A DNA stretch of 64,000 nucleotides from Escherichia coli (GCF_001677475.2 NZ_CP015229.1); one strand, 5' to 3'. Positions 36,651-51,285 are shown, counted from the stretch's first letter. The notes: generated by a model not told the origin, from the letters alone. A program made the numbers and translations.

Positions 36651-39600
36651 TTAAGCGATCGCGTTCTCTTCCAGTTCACGCATAAACTGGCGTACCCATT
36701 CGATACGCGTTTTCCGCTCACTCAAATCCTGAATAAATTTCAGACGCGTCGGACCATCAAGGCGGTAATGCTGCGGCTGTTTTTGCAGCAAACCAATCAA
36801 CCAGGCCGGATTAACGTGATTCTTCTCGGCAAATTCGATCACGCCGCCTTTCTCATTACCTTCCAGCTTCTTGATCCCCAGTTTCTGCGCTTGCTGGCGC
36901 AGACGGGCAATATCCAGCAGGGTACGCGCCGGATCCGGCAGCAAGCCGAAGCGATCGATAAGCTCGACTTTGATCTCTTCCAGTTCGTTTTCCGTTTTGG
37001 CGCTGGCAATACGTTTATAGAACGACAAACGCGTATTCACGTCAGGAATGAAATCATCTGGCAATAGCGACGGCATCCGCAGCTCGACTTCTGTTTGCTG
37101 GCTGGTGAGATCTTCCAGCGACGGCTCGCGTCCGGCTTTCAGCGCATCGACGGCGTTTTCCAGCAACTCCATATACAGCGAGAAACCGATGGTTTCCATT
37201 GAGCCGCTTTGTTCTTCGCCAAGCAGTTCACCCGCGCCGCGGATCTCCAGATCGTGCGTTGCCAGCGCAAAACCTGCACCGAGATCTTCCAGCGAGGCAA
37301 TCGCTTCAAGACGTTTTTGTGCATCGGTAGTCATCGCTTTTGGATGCGGCGTCAGCAGCCATGCATATGCCTGATGATGTGAACGTCCGACGCGACCGCG
37401 CAACTGGTGCAGCTGCGCCAGACCGAAGTGATCCGCGCGTTCAATGATAATGGTGTTGGCTGTCGGGATGTCGATCCCGGTTTCGATTATGGTGGTACAA
37501 ACCAGCACGTTGAAACGTTGATGATGGAAATCATTCATCACCCGTTCCAGTTCGCGCTCACGCATCTGCCCGTGACCGATGGCAATCCGTGCTTCAGGCA
37601 CCAGTTCTGCCAGCCGTTCGGCAGCTTTCTGGATGTTTTCCACATCATTGTAGAGATAATAAACCTGCCCCCCGCGCAAAATTTCACGCAGGATCGCCTC
37701 CCGGACCACCAGACTGTCATACTCACGGACGAAGGTTTTAACTGCCAGACGACGGGCGGGCGGCGTGGCGATAATCGACAGGTCACGCATTCCGCTCATA
37801 GCCATATTCAGCGTACGAGGGATCGGCGTTGCGGTAAGCGTCAGAATATCCACGTTCGCGCGCATCGCTTTAATGCGCTCTTTATGACGCACCCCGAAGC
37901 GGTGTTCTTCATCGACAATCAGCAGACCTAAATCTTTAAACTTGACGTCATTTTGCAGCAGTTTGTGCGTACCGATCAGAATATCGATTTTCCCTTCCGC
38001 CACTTCCGCAAGGATTTGCGTCTGCTCTTTGGCGCTGCGGAAACGGGAGATCATTTCGATACGTACCGGCCAGTTGGCGAAACGGTCGCGGAAGTTGTCG
38101 TAATGCTGCTGCGCGAGAAGGGTGGTAGGCACCAGCACCGCCACCTGCTTGTGGTTATCTACCGCCAGGAAAGCGGCGCGCATCGCCACTTCTGTTTTAC
38201 CAAAGCCAACATCGCCGCACACCAGACGATCCATTGCCAGCGGCTGGCTCATGTCGCTAAGCACCGCATTAATGGCCTGCGCCTGATCCGGCGTGGTTTC
38301 AAACGGGAAGCTGTCGCAGAACAACTGATACTGCTCACGATCGTGTTTAAACGCGAAGCCCTCTTTGGCGGCGCGTTGCGCGTAGATATCCAGCAATTCT
38401 GCCGCCACATCACGCACTTTTTCCGCCGCTTTCTGCCGCGCGCGTGACCACGCATCGCCGCCAAGTTTATGCAGCGGGGCATTTTCTTCCGCGCCACCTG
38501 CGTAACGGCTAATCAGATGCAGTGACGACACCGGAACATACAGTTTGGCGTCGTTGGCATAGGTGAGCATCAAGTACTCGCCAGTAATGCCGCCAGCTTC
38601 CAGCGTGGTCATTCCGGCATAGCGCCCGACGCCGTGCTCCAGATGGACCACCGGCTGACCAATATGCAGCTCCGCGAGGTTGCGGATCAGTGTATCGGGG
38701 TTGATGGTGCGGCGAGAGTCCTGACGACGGCGGGCAACGCGTTCACCGAGCAGATCGCTTTCGCAAATCAGCGCCAGGTTACGCACCGTATCGACAAAAC
38801 CATGTTCGGCAGCGCCAATCATCAGATAACGCCCACGGTCGCTGGCTTCATCAAGACGCATAATGCGTTGCGGAGCAATTTTAATTCGTGCGAGCAGTTC
38901 ACCCAGCGCTTCACGGCGACCTTCACTTTCTACCGAGAATACCACCGGACCGTCGAAAGTCTCGAGGAACTTACGCAGCGTATCCAGCGGCGCTTTTTGT
39001 TGTGCCTGAACGGCCAGGTCTGGCAGTTTCTGGAAACCTAAATTGGAATTCGCGGCTTTTGTCGGTAAATGTTCAGTTTTTAGTTGCACTCGGGGCCAGT
39101 TTTTCAGCTCTGAGAAGAGCTCGTCCACCCGCAGCCAGAGCGATTGTGGTGGCAACAGTGGGCGCATCGGATCGACGCCGCGATTCTCAAAACGCGCCAG
39201 CGTGTCAGCCTGGAAACGTTCGGCACTGTTTTCCAGATCGCCAGTATTCACCAGCAAGGTATTGGCAGGGAAATAACTGAACAGCGGCGGCAGTGGTTCG
39301 CTGAAGAACAATGGCTGCCAGTACTCGATCCCGGCAGGTAATGTGCCTTTACTCACTTGCTGGTAAATATGTTCCGGATCGCGCTTCACTTCGAAGGTAT
39401 CGCGCCACTGGCTGCGGAACAGTTCAATTGCCGCTTTATCGGTCGGAAATTCGTGTGCGGGCAGCAGATTGATCGCTTCTACTTCCTCCAGCGTGCGCTG
39501 GCTGTCGACGTCAAACACCCGCAGGCTGTCGATTTCATCATCAAAGAAATCAAGACGATAAGGCAGCTCACTCCCCATCGGGAAGAGATCCAGCAACGCG

Positions 39601-40097
39601 CCGCGCGTGGCGTATTCGCCGTGCTCCATCACCTGGTCAACATGGCGATAACCGGCGCTGTCCAGTTGGGTTCGTAATGCATCTCGTGACAGGCGCTGAC
39701 CTTTTTTCATCACCAGCGCATGGCCGTGGAGAAAACTGTGCGGGCAAACGCGCTGCATAAGCGTATTCACCGGAACAATCAGTACGCCACGCTGCATCGT
39801 CGGTAGCTGGTAAAGGGTGGAAAGGCGCGAGGAGATAATGTCCTGATGAGGCGAAAAACTGTCGTAAGGGAGGGTTTCCCAGTCCGCCAGATTCATCACC
39901 ATCTGATCGGTGAACTGGCTGATTTCATCATGCAAACGCAGAGCATTTTGCATATCTGGTGCAATGAGTACCACCGGACCGGCGTGACGTTCGGCAATTT
40001 CCGCCACCAGCGTCGCGCAGGCAGCGCCAGTTAACTCGCCCAGCAGACGCTGCTCACCCGCTTTGACGGGCAGCGTATAACGATATTGTTCAGGCAT
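36651..40097 (-). CDS. mfd: transcription-repair coupling factor
   Basis: 1148 aa from MPEQYRYTLP; superfamily-2 helicase motifs GDVGFGKTEVA and DEEHRFG; track ORF extends 21 codons upstream. Confidence 0.95.
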   Translation of the reverse strand: MPEQYRYTLPVKAGEQRLLGELTGAACATLVAEIAERHAGPVVLIAPDMQNALRLHDEISQFTDQMVMNLADWETLPYDSFSPHQDIISSRLSTLYQLPTMQRGVLIVPVNTLMQRVCPHSFLHGHALVMKKGQRLSRDALRTQLDSAGYRHVDQVMEHGEYATRGALLDLFPMGSELPYRLDFFDDEIDSLRVFDVDSQRTLEEVEAINLLPAHEFPTDKAAIELFRSQWRDTFEVKRDPEHIYQQVSKGTLPAGIEYWQPLFFSEPLPPLFSYFPANTLLVNTGDLENSAERFQADTLARFENRGVDPMRPLLPPQSLWLRVDELFSELKNWPRVQLKTEHLPTKAANSNLGFQKLPDLAVQAQQKAPLDTLRKFLETFDGPVVFSVESEGRREALGELLARIKIAPQRIMRLDEASDRGRYLMIGAAEHGFVDTVRNLALICESDLLGERVARRRQDSRRTINPDTLIRNLAELHIGQPVVHLEHGVGRYAGMTTLEAGGITGEYLMLTYANDAKLYVPVSSLHLISRYAGGAEENAPLHKLGGDAWSRARQKAAEKVRDVAAELLDIYAQRAAKEGFAFKHDREQYQLFCDSFPFETTPDQAQAINAVLSDMSQPLAMDRLVCGDVGFGKTEVAMRAAFLAVDNHKQVAVLVPTTLLAQQHYDNFRDRFANWPVRIEMISRFRSAKEQTQILAEVAEGKIDILIGTHKLLQNDVKFKDLGLLIVDEEHRFGVRHKERIKAMRANVDILTLTATPIPRTLNMAMSGMRDLSIIATPPARRLAVKTFVREYDSLVVREAILREILRGGQVYYLYNDVENIQKAAERLAELVPEARIAIGHGQMRERELERVMNDFHHQRFNVLVCTTIIETGIDIPTANTIIIERADHFGLAQLHQLRGRVGRSHHQAYAWLLTPHPKAMTTDAQKRLEAIASLEDLGAGFALATHDLEIRGAGELLGEEQSGSMETIGFSLYMELLENAVDALKAGREPSLEDLTSQQTEVELRMPSLLPDDFIPDVNTRLSFYKRIASAKTENELEEIKVELIDRFGLLPDPARTLLDIARLRQQAQKLGIKKLEGNEKGGVIEFAEKNHVNPAWLIGLLQKQPQHYRLDGPTRLKFIQDLSERKTRIEWVRQFMRELEENAIA

Positions 40098-40224
40098 AAC
40101 GGTTGTCAGATTCTCGTTAGGATATGCCTCAACATATGGGGGCATATCTCTGATAAGCAATGCTGTTCATTATCCGTAATCGACATGGTTTAGCAAATTG
40201 AATCGCCCCGGCTGGGGCGATGGC

Positions 40225-41298
40225 TTAGCGGGAGTAACTGACGGCAGCGGGCAGTGAAGGCGGGGAGAACAACAGATCGCTGAATGCACGCTGTGAAAGT
40301 TTTCTTACCAGCAAGCCCGCAACAGTACAGATGAACAAACTGACAAAGGGATAAACCAGCAGGAGTGTCAGTTCGACTTGCGGCGACCAGCGTGCTGCGT
40401 TCATTTGCGCAAGCAGAGTTAAGCTGAATATTTCAACCAGAATGCGATGGGAGGTGTAGATAGCAATGGTGTTGGAGCCAATCACATTCAGCAGGCTGGT
40501 GGAGCGCATACCGAATCGTTGCTCGTATTGATAAAACAGCTTCATGATCACCACAATCGATACCAGCGACAACAGCAGCGAGATAGTAAACAACCAGGCA
40601 CCGACCGCCAGAACGGTCAGCAAAGAAGCCATCAGTAGATGGCGGCGCAACGGCACCTCTTTAACACAGGTCATTAATGTTGCGCCAAACCATGCACCAA
40701 GGCTGTAATAAGGCAAATTGCGGATCACACTGTTCATTCCCCACCACGGCGTGGGAACGAAATTAACCGCCACACTCATCAGTACAAACAAGGCGAATAG
40801 TGGCAGCGCCAGACGGCTAAAAATTTTACATACCACGAAATAGACAATTAACGCATACAGATACCACAAGCTGGTGCTGGCGGTGATCATCCCGTGCAGG
40901 AACTCACCGGTGGAATCGGCATAAGCGGCATTGGAGGCATTGCTTAAATCGCGCTCAGGTGCCAGCCACTGGTTCAGCACACTTAACGCCAGCCACTGCA
41001 CCACGCCCCAAAGCGCCAGCACCCAGAAGATGTTCCAGACCCGTTTATCAAGACAATTTCCCCACGGTACGCTGTCGATATAGCGGCGAATCAAATAGCC
41101 GGATATAAAGAAAAAAACCGGCATACGAAAGGGTGCAAGGTAAAGGTTGAAATAGATCCAGCATTTGCTCAGGACTTCCGATAACGGATGCTGAAAAGTG
41201 GTCATATGCGGATAAAAGGTAATGACCGAGTGATAAATCACCACCAGGCAAATACATAACCCTTTGATCTGGTTAATCCATAGCTCTTTTTGTTTCAT
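40225..41298 (-). CDS. ycfT: inner-membrane acyltransferase-family protein YcfT
   Basis: 357-aa polytopic membrane ORF. Confidence 0.85.
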   Translation of the reverse strand: MKQKELWINQIKGLCICLVVIYHSVITFYPHMTTFQHPLSEVLSKCWIYFNLYLAPFRMPVFFFISGYLIRRYIDSVPWGNCLDKRVWNIFWVLALWGVVQWLALSVLNQWLAPERDLSNASNAAYADSTGEFLHGMITASTSLWYLYALIVYFVVCKIFSRLALPLFALFVLMSVAVNFVPTPWWGMNSVIRNLPYYSLGAWFGATLMTCVKEVPLRRHLLMASLLTVLAVGAWLFTISLLLSLVSIVVIMKLFYQYEQRFGMRSTSLLNVIGSNTIAIYTSHRILVEIFSLTLLAQMNAARWSPQVELTLLLVYPFVSLFICTVAGLLVRKLSQRAFSDLLFSPPSLPAAVSYSR

Positions 41299-41448
41299 CA
41301 GGACAACACGCTCTTTTTTAATTTACATGCGGTTGATCCTGCGGGTTATGACCCTATGTGTAATGGGTATCTGTCTGTATTGGATGATTTTTCAGATTAA
41401 GATCAGGCGGCAAGATTGATGATAAAACATGGCACTTTAGCCGATTGA

Positions 41449-44697
<3,249 letters not shown>

Positions 44698-44725
44698 AGG
44701 CAGTACATTAAAACAAGGAGCGGCA

Positions 44726-45637
44726 ATGTATTACGGGTTTGATATTGGTGGAACAAAAATTGCGCTTGGCGTATTTGATAGCAGTCGGCAGTTGCAGTGG
44801 GAAAAGCGGGTGCCGACACCGCGTGACAGCTATGATGCTTTTTTAGATGCAGTATGCGAGCTGGTAGCCGAAGCCGATCAGCGTTTTGGTTGTAAAGGTT
44901 ATGTCGGCATCGGTATTCCGGGAATGCCGGAAACAGAAGATGGCACGCTGTATGCCGCCAATGTCCCCGCTGCCAGCGGTAAACCGCTGCGTGCCGACCT
45001 GAGCGCACGTCTTGAGCGCGATGTACGCCTTGATAACGATGCCAACTGTTTTGCCCTTTCAGAAGCCTGGGATGATGAATTTACCCAATATCCGCTGGTG
45101 ATGGGGTTAATTCTCGGCACCGGCGTTGGCGGTGGACTGGTGTTTAACGGTAAAGCGGTGACGGGTAAAAGCTATATTACCGGCGAGTTTGGTCATATGC
45201 GTCTGCCGGTCGATGCGTTAACCATGATGGGGCTTGATTTCCCATTACGCCGCTGCGGCTGTGGTCAGCATGGCTGCATTGAAAATTATCTGTCTGGTCG
45301 CGGTTTTGCGTGGCTGTATCAACACTATTATCATCAACCGTTGCAGGCTCCCGAAATTATTGCGCTTTATGATCAAGGCGATGAGCAGGCAAGGGCGCAC
45401 GTTGAGCGTTATCTGGATTTATTAGCGGTTTGTCTGGGAAATATCCTGACCATTGTTGACCCTGATTTGCTGGTCATTGGCGGTGGCTTATCGAATTTCC
45501 CGGCAATCACAACGCAACTGGCGGACAGGCTGCCTCGTCATCTCTTACCTGTAGCTCGTGTTCCGCGCATTGAACGCGCGCGCCACGGTGATGCGGGAGG
45601 AATGCGTGGTGCGGCTTTCCTACATCTAACCGATTAA
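44726..45637 (+). CDS. nagK: N-acetyl-D-glucosamine kinase (ROK family)
   Basis: 303 aa from [11 protein letters not shown]; ROK zinc motif [10 protein letters not shown]. Confidence 0.92.
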   Translation: MYYGFDIGGTKIALGVFDSSRQLQWEKRVPTPRDSYDAFLDAVCELVAEADQRFGCKGYVGIGIPGMPETEDGTLYAANVPAASGKPLRADLSARLERDVRLDNDANCFALSEAWDDEFTQYPLVMGLILGTGVGGGLVFNGKAVTGKSYITGEFGHMRLPVDALTMMGLDFPLRRCGCGQHGCIENYLSGRGFAWLYQHYYHQPLQAPEIIALYDQGDEQARAHVERYLDLLAVCLGNILTIVDPDLLVIGGGLSNFPAITTQLADRLPRHLLPVARVPRIERARHGDAGGMRGAAFLHLTD

Positions 45638-45652
45638 ACAACAGAGGTTGCT

Positions 45653-46474
45653 ATGCTGTCGCGTCGGGGTCATCGGTTAAGTCGTTTTCGTAAAAATAAA
45701 CGCCGCCTGCGCGAGCGTTTGCGTCAGCGTATTTTTTTCAGAGATAAAGTGGTGCCGGAAGCAATGGAAAAACCAAGAGTACTCGTACTGACAGGGGCAG
45801 GGATTTCTGCGGAATCAGGTATTCGTACCTTTCGCGCCGCAGATGGCCTGTGGGAAGAACATCGGGTTGAAGATGTGGCAACGCCGGAAGGTTTCGATCG
45901 CGATCCTGAACTGGTGCAAGCGTTTTATAACGCCCGTCGTCGACAGCTGCAGCAGCCAGAAATTCAGCCTAACGCCGCGCATCTTGCGCTGGCTAAACTG
46001 CAAGACGCCCTCGGCGACCGCTTTTTGCTGGTGACGCAGAATATCGATAACCTGCATGAACGCGCAGGCAATACCAATGTGATTCATATGCATGGAGAAT
46101 TGCTGAAAGTACGTTGTGCGCAAAGCGGGCAGGTTCTCGACTGGACTGGTGATGTTACGCCAGAAGATAAATGTCATTGCTGCCAGTTTCCGGCTCCGCT
46201 GCGCCCGCACGTGGTGTGGTTTGGCGAAATGCCGCTTGACATGGATGAAATTTATATGGCACTGGCGATGGCGGATATTTTCATTGCCATTGGCACATCC
46301 GGGCATGTTTATCCGGCTGCCGGTTTTGTTCATGAAGCAAAATTGCATGGCGCGCACACCGTGGAACTCAATCTTGAGCCGAGCCAGGTTGGTAACGAAT
46401 TTGCCGAGAAATATTACGGCCCGGCAAGCCAGGTGGTGCCAGAGTTTGTTGAAAAGTTGCTGAAGGGATTATAA
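45653..46474 (+). CDS. cobB: NAD-dependent protein deacylase (sirtuin) CobB, long isoform
   Basis: 273 aa; [14 protein letters not shown] Rossmann motif and CxxC...CxxC zinc module; internal alternative start MEKPRVLVL. Confidence 0.92.
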   Translation: MLSRRGHRLSRFRKNKRRLRERLRQRIFFRDKVVPEAMEKPRVLVLTGAGISAESGIRTFRAADGLWEEHRVEDVATPEGFDRDPELVQAFYNARRRQLQQPEIQPNAAHLALAKLQDALGDRFLLVTQNIDNLHERAGNTNVIHMHGELLKVRCAQSGQVLDWTGDVTPEDKCHCCQFPAPLRPHVVWFGEMPLDMDEIYMALAMADIFIAIGTSGHVYPAAGFVHEAKLHGAHTVELNLEPSQVGNEFAEKYYGPASQVVPEFVEKLLKGL

Positions 46475-46477
46475 AGC

Positions 46478-46600
46478 AGGAAGCATTGCCTGATGCGCTA
46501 CGCTTATCAGGCCTACAAGGGGACGCAATTAATTGAATTTGCGGGTTTTGTGGGCCGGATAAGGCGTTCGCGCCGCATCCGGCATAATACACGCGCATTT
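46478..46600. repeat. REP/BIME cluster
   Basis: gcctgatgcgctacgcttatcaggcctac and ggccggataaggcgttcgcgccgcatccggc units. Confidence 0.6.
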
Positions 46601-46611
46601 TACTGCCTCTT

Positions 46612-47400
46612 TTACCGTTTACTCGTCAATAACAACGCGGCAATAAACGTACAGACACCAATCAGCCCTGCCCAGAGTGGCGATATTCTGGTAATTGCAA
46701 AGCTATTATCGATATACAGGCATAAAGCCTGATAGCCCATATTGGCAACAGTCATCGCCACTGCAAATTTTAATGCATAAATAAAACGAGTCGTGTAGTA
46801 AAAGACCGAGGAAAATAAGATAAACGTCGCAGCCCAGGCGATAAAACCTAATGTGTTGGTACTGCCGGGGGGATCATTTTCATGCTGTTGTCCTGGATGC
46901 GGATAATACGTCAGTGGCGGCGTCGGTTGTTTTAATATCTGTACTTGTAGAACAGCCAATGCATTATTGATTCCCTGATACCATAGGCCAGCATGTAAAT
47001 AAGCCAGCGTGTGATTTTCTATCAGAAGGCCGAGATGTTTATCGTCCAGACCGCTTTCAACCTGGCCATTGGTGATCATAATTAACCGTGGTTCGCGGGT
47101 AGTAAATAGTAACAGAACACTTCCTTTTACATCACTCAATGAAGATGACGCATGCGCCAGCATCGCTTTACCATTTTGTCTGAGACTGGCTTCATTATTA
47201 ATGTCGGGTAAAACCACAATAAACGGTGCAACTCCGGTTTGTTGGCGAAAAAGCTCGGCTTTATGCGCGATCTCTTCAGCATCTGGTACAGTACCGGTAA
47301 CATCCGTAAAAAGTGTCTTCATTATTGGAATTAATGGTTTGCTGGCTGCTGTCAGAGGCAGGAGTATCAGTAAACTGAGCAGTATTATGATTTTTTTCAT
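46612..47400 (-). CDS. ycfZ: TPM-domain membrane-associated protein YcfZ
   Basis: 262 aa, signal peptide and C-terminal TM segments; K-12 synteny. Confidence 0.85.
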   Translation of the reverse strand: MKKIIILLSLLILLPLTAASKPLIPIMKTLFTDVTGTVPDAEEIAHKAELFRQQTGVAPFIVVLPDINNEASLRQNGKAMLAHASSSLSDVKGSVLLLFTTREPRLIMITNGQVESGLDDKHLGLLIENHTLAYLHAGLWYQGINNALAVLQVQILKQPTPPLTYYPHPGQQHENDPPGSTNTLGFIAWAATFILFSSVFYYTTRFIYALKFAVAMTVANMGYQALCLYIDNSFAITRISPLWAGLIGVCTFIAALLLTSKR

Positions 47401-47900
47401 GGGCGGGACTTCCGTTTCCTGCGAGATTTTTTGGTGGAGGGGAGAGTGATTATCAGACCGACACTACCGAAAATAATGCCTGCTATGCCAACAAAGCCCC
47501 ATTTAAAAAAATTAACCCAGGGATTGTTTATTTCGGCTTGTTCTGGATGCCCTGGCGGATAATAGACATTGACTCTGCCACCTTCGCTATCTTCATAAAA
47601 ATCACTACCGATACTCGAATTGAAAATTAGCGTGTAATCTGGCGTAGGGCGAAAGGCAACCACTGGATACCAGGAGCCATTATCACCGACGTCGTTTGAG
47701 TGATTGTTGTACCAAACGACATCAACAATGATTCCTTCTGTATGAACCGCGCTTTTGGTAAAAGTAAAATGGTAACAAAAGATAATTGCAGAAATAACGA
47801 GCAATATCAGACCGATACCGAGAAAAGCGTGGGATAACACTTTACTGTCCTGACTCATTAGCCACATCCTTGCTAAATAAAAAACGGGCGGTAATACCAC
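47397..47900 (-). CDS. ymfA: inner-membrane protein YmfA
   Basis: Small TM protein overlapping ycfZ start; the true start may be about 14 codons inside the track ORF. Confidence 0.8.
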   Translation of the reverse strand: MVLPPVFYLARMWLMSQDSKVLSHAFLGIGLILLVISAIIFCYHFTFTKSAVHTEGIIVDVVWYNNHSNDVGDNGSWYPVVAFRPTPDYTLIFNSSIGSDFYEDSEGGRVNVYYPPGHPEQAEINNPWVNFFKWGFVGIAGIIFGSVGLIITLPSTKKSRRKRKSRP

Positions 47901-47915
47901 CGCCCGTTTGCTGAA

Positions 47916-48962
47916 TTAACGTCCTGCTTTCAGCTTCTGATAATACTCTTCATAAATGCTGCTGGCTGCGCCAACGTCATTCTGCCATTCACCATTTTTA
48001 ATGGTTTCAGCATCCGGGTAGAGCGTTTTATCGTTCGCCACTTCCGGGCTTAACAGCTTACGCGCCGCAAGGTTTGGCGTTGGATAACCGATAGTTTCGG
48101 CAACCTGTTTTGCCACATCCGGGCGCAGCAGGAAGTTGATCAGTTTCAGCGCGCCTTCTTTGTTTTTGGCATTCGCCGGAATTGCCAGGCTGTCCATCCA
48201 GAAAATGCCGCCTTCTTTCGGCCACACGACGTCAATTGGTGTACCCGCCTGGCGTGCAACGAAAGCAGAACCGTTCCAGATCATGCCGAGGTTAACTTCG
48301 CCTTCCATGTACGGGTTAGCCGGGTTATCGGAGTTAAACGCTGCGACGTTTGGCATCAGTTTTTTCAGCTCGTTATATGCAGCTTCAATCTCTTTCGGAT
48401 CGGTGGTGTTACCGGAATAGCCCAGCTTACGCAGCGCCATCTGGAACACTTCACGGGCATCGTCGGTCAGCAGCAGGCTGCCTTTGTACTCAGGCTTCCA
48501 CAGATCGGCCCAGCTGGTAACGGATTTCGGATCCACCGCATCACCGTTAACGCCAATCGCCGTCGCACCCCAGATATACGGAATGGAGTAGTCGTTATTC
48601 GGGTCAAAAGGCTTGTTGAGCATGTCTGGATCGAGATTGCTGAAGTTCGTTAACTTCGACTTGTCGATCTTCTGGATCATCCCTTCTTTACGCATTTTAT
48701 CGACGTAATAGGTTGAAGGAACCACCAGGTCATAGGCACCGTCTTTGTACGTTTTCAGCTTGGCATACATGGTTTCGTTCGACTCGTAAGTCGAATAGAT
48801 AACCTTAATACCGGTTTCTTTGGTGAACTGTTCAAGCAGTCCTGGCGGCACGTACTCGGTCCAGTTGTAGAAATACAGCGTGTTGTTGTCATCGGCGTGA
48901 GCGGCGCTCATGCCCAGTGCCAGAGCACCCGCCGCGAGCAGGTGGCGTGACCATTTTTTCAT
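47916..48962 (-). CDS. potD: spermidine/putrescine ABC transporter periplasmic binding protein
   Basis: 348 aa with signal peptide. Confidence 0.95.
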   Translation of the reverse strand: MKKWSRHLLAAGALALGMSAAHADDNNTLYFYNWTEYVPPGLLEQFTKETGIKVIYSTYESNETMYAKLKTYKDGAYDLVVPSTYYVDKMRKEGMIQKIDKSKLTNFSNLDPDMLNKPFDPNNDYSIPYIWGATAIGVNGDAVDPKSVTSWADLWKPEYKGSLLLTDDAREVFQMALRKLGYSGNTTDPKEIEAAYNELKKLMPNVAAFNSDNPANPYMEGEVNLGMIWNGSAFVARQAGTPIDVVWPKEGGIFWMDSLAIPANAKNKEGALKLINFLLRPDVAKQVAETIGYPTPNLAARKLLSPEVANDKTLYPDAETIKNGEWQNDVGAASSIYEEYYQKLKAGR

Positions 48963-49753
48963 TTAACGTCCCCTGTGTTACCTTTCGTTTTATCACGAGC
49001 AATAAGCTGGCTGGCAATAACCATCACCAGCGACAGCACCAGTAATATGGTTGCCAGCGCGTTAACTTCCGGCGATACGCCGACTTTGACCATCGAATAA
49101 ATTTTTAACGGCAGAATTTCATAACTTGGTCCGGTGACGAACGAAGAAACTACCACATCGTCCATCGACAGGGTAAAGCTTAACACCCAGCCCGCCGCTA
49201 CCGCTGGCATTGCCAGTGGCAGAATGATTTTTCGCAGAATGGTAAATTCGCTGGCACCGAGATCTTTCGCCGCTTCCAGCATTCGCACGTCAAAACCTTT
49301 CAGGCGCGAATACACTGTCACCACCACAAATGGCAGGCAGAAGGTGATATGCGAGAACAGCAGCGACCAGAAGCCAAGCTGAATACCCAGCAGCATAAAC
49401 AGCACCAGCAGCGAAATCGCCATCACGATATCTGGTGACATCATCACTACAAACAGCATTCCGCTAACGAACGGCTTACCACGAAAGCGATAACGGTACA
49501 GTGCAACTGCCGTCAGTGAACCGATAAGCGTAGCAAACGTCGCCGAAAACACCGCCATTGTTAGTGAATGCTGCGCTGCCTGTAACAGGCTGTCGTTGTT
49601 CATCAGCAGGCTATACCATTTGGTGGTAAAACCCTGCCAGTTGATGCCAAAGCGCGAGCTGTTAAAGGAGTTCACAATCAAAATAATGATTGGGATATAC
49701 AGGTACGCGTAGATAGCGGTCATAAAACCGCCGCGAAGCAGTCGACCGATCAT
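48959..49753 (-). CDS. potC: spermidine/putrescine ABC transporter permease
   Basis: 264 aa, six-TM permease with ABC EAA-loop region. Confidence 0.95.
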   Translation of the reverse strand: MIGRLLRGGFMTAIYAYLYIPIIILIVNSFNSSRFGINWQGFTTKWYSLLMNNDSLLQAAQHSLTMAVFSATFATLIGSLTAVALYRYRFRGKPFVSGMLFVVMMSPDIVMAISLLVLFMLLGIQLGFWSLLFSHITFCLPFVVVTVYSRLKGFDVRMLEAAKDLGASEFTILRKIILPLAMPAVAAGWVLSFTLSMDDVVVSSFVTGPSYEILPLKIYSMVKVGVSPEVNALATILLVLSLVMVIASQLIARDKTKGNTGDVK

Positions 49754-49788
49754 TCGAGTTCCACCTTCTTATTCATAAGGCGGGACAC
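49750..49788 (-). other. potB: potB 3'-terminal codons (…SRLMNKKVELE-stop) retained next to potC; probable prophage att core / junction
   Basis: Minus-strand frame upstream of potC reads …KVSRLMNKKVELE with TGA overlapping the potC ATG, matching the remembered PotB C-terminus; the frame closes about 40 codons upstream with non-PotB sequence. Confidence 0.55.
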
Positions 49789-49919
49789 TTTCAGGATTTT
49801 GAATTTATTCAATTTTTTCCTTTCTCCAAAATCTCTCCAAAACGTTTCCCCAAAACTAGGCCACGCATTTTACAACACTTTTTTCCTGAGATGGTGACGG
49901 ATATTCCATATGGTGTTTG

Positions 49920-51038
49920 TCAAATAACCAACTTAACCCATTCCTGACCTCGAGTATCGTTATAGCGATCGGTGGTTGCCTGGACTTTATGTCCTAGTAA
50001 TGTTTTTGTATCGATACCCTGTGCACGGTACAGCCGTTCTGATAGAGAGCGTTGTTCATGAAATGTTGGCGGAGTTTTTCCTGCTGGTGGAATTATCCCA
50101 GCCAGATCCCGTGCTTTGGCAAAGTAGTCGCTCAGGTTGTCTTTACTCATCGACTTCGGTTGTTTCTGGTGCCGACTATGGATTAGATATGGACTTAATA
50201 TTCTGTCTCGGCACCCATCAATAACTTCTTTTAACGTTATCCCAATGGCATCACAGCGTAGTGTAAGCGGTAACGCCAGACGCATTCCGGTTTTTCCTTG
50301 GGTGATATGCAAGTGTTCGTTCCACACATCTGAAAAACGCATGTGGCAAATGTCATCACGGCGCTGACCAGTAACAATCGCAAGAAGCATTGCGTTACGG
50401 ATAAAGTGTTTTTCAGGCGTTGCGTTGTAAATTTTTTGCCAGTCTTCCAGGGTGAGTCTGGCTCTGGTTACTTTAGGGATTGGTTTACGGGTAGCCTCCG
50501 GAGGATTCCATCCAGGAGGAACTTCCCCTGCATGCTGTGCTTCTTTATAAATATCAAGCCATAATCCGCGATTTACTCTCGCTGTGCTGACCATGTCTTT
50601 ATCCAGCCACTCATCCAGTATTAATGCAAAGTCTCTTACTTCCAGTTCTTTCAATGGGTGGTTTCCCAGACGGGAAACCAGGAATGCAGCCATTCGCGCT
50701 TTTTCTTTGTGGGTTGTAGCTGCAATATCTCCATTTTTCAGGCGCGCGTCCTGTATTTTCAGATATCGATCAACCCATGCCTTTAATCTGATACCCCGAC
50801 GTTTTGTTGCTGATGGACTTTCATCAATTTTGCGCATGAAATATTCAGCTTCTGCTGCAGCTATTCGCTGATTGGCTGTGGAAGCGATTTTTTCTGCCTT
50901 ACCTTTGTCTGTTCCGAGTCCGTGAAATTTTCCAGTCACAGGATTTTTATACTGGTAGTAAACTCTGCCAGTTCTGCGATCAAACTTTTCGTAAAGACCG
51001 GCTACGTCAGTGCTGTTTTTTCGTGGCCTCGGTGACAT
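49920..51038 (-). CDS. int: lambda-family tyrosine integrase
   Basis: 372 aa; C-terminal catalytic region HEQRSLSERLY…LLGHKVQATTDRYNDTRGQEW resembling lambda Int. Confidence 0.93.
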   Translation of the reverse strand: MSPRPRKNSTDVAGLYEKFDRRTGRVYYQYKNPVTGKFHGLGTDKGKAEKIASTANQRIAAAEAEYFMRKIDESPSATKRRGIRLKAWVDRYLKIQDARLKNGDIAATTHKEKARMAAFLVSRLGNHPLKELEVRDFALILDEWLDKDMVSTARVNRGLWLDIYKEAQHAGEVPPGWNPPEATRKPIPKVTRARLTLEDWQKIYNATPEKHFIRNAMLLAIVTGQRRDDICHMRFSDVWNEHLHITQGKTGMRLALPLTLRCDAIGITLKEVIDGCRDRILSPYLIHSRHQKQPKSMSKDNLSDYFAKARDLAGIIPPAGKTPPTFHEQRSLSERLYRAQGIDTKTLLGHKVQATTDRYNDTRGQEWVKLVI

Positions 51039-51285
51039 GAGTTAAAATCTCCTTCAGTGCATCATCATCGCCAGTATGAATTTCCGGCGCAATTCCCGTT
51101 TCACCAGGCCCAACAAATACTGCTCGGCGATCTATCAGCCAACGCCCACGAATTTTTTGTGGTCTTGGAACGATGTATCCTAGTTTTCCGTATTTCACCA
51201 GGGTAGTGTTTGTTATTGGGAGACTGAACCGTTTTGGTTTCCACTCGTCGAGCGTTATCAGGTACTGTTCGCTCATGGCTATCAC
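51007..51285 (-). CDS. xis: excisionase (Xis-like)
   Basis: Small basic ORF overlapping int start; LITLDEW…VFVGP pattern resembling lambda Xis; start may be at MSEQYL (51276). Confidence 0.7.
   Translation of the reverse strand: MIAMSEQYLITLDEWKPKRFSLPITNTTLVKYGKLGYIVPRPQKIRGRWLIDRRAVFVGPGETGIAPEIHTGDDDALKEILTHVTEATKKQH

Noticed and set aside
45815-46357. 180-aa minus-strand ORF
   Set aside because: Antisense to cobB, which carries the sirtuin motifs.
49754-49920. Possible intact potB continuing upstream of potC
   Set aside because: The potB-like frame closes about 40 codons upstream of potC and only the last roughly 12 residues resemble PotB; interpreted as the gene's 3' end left at the prophage junction.
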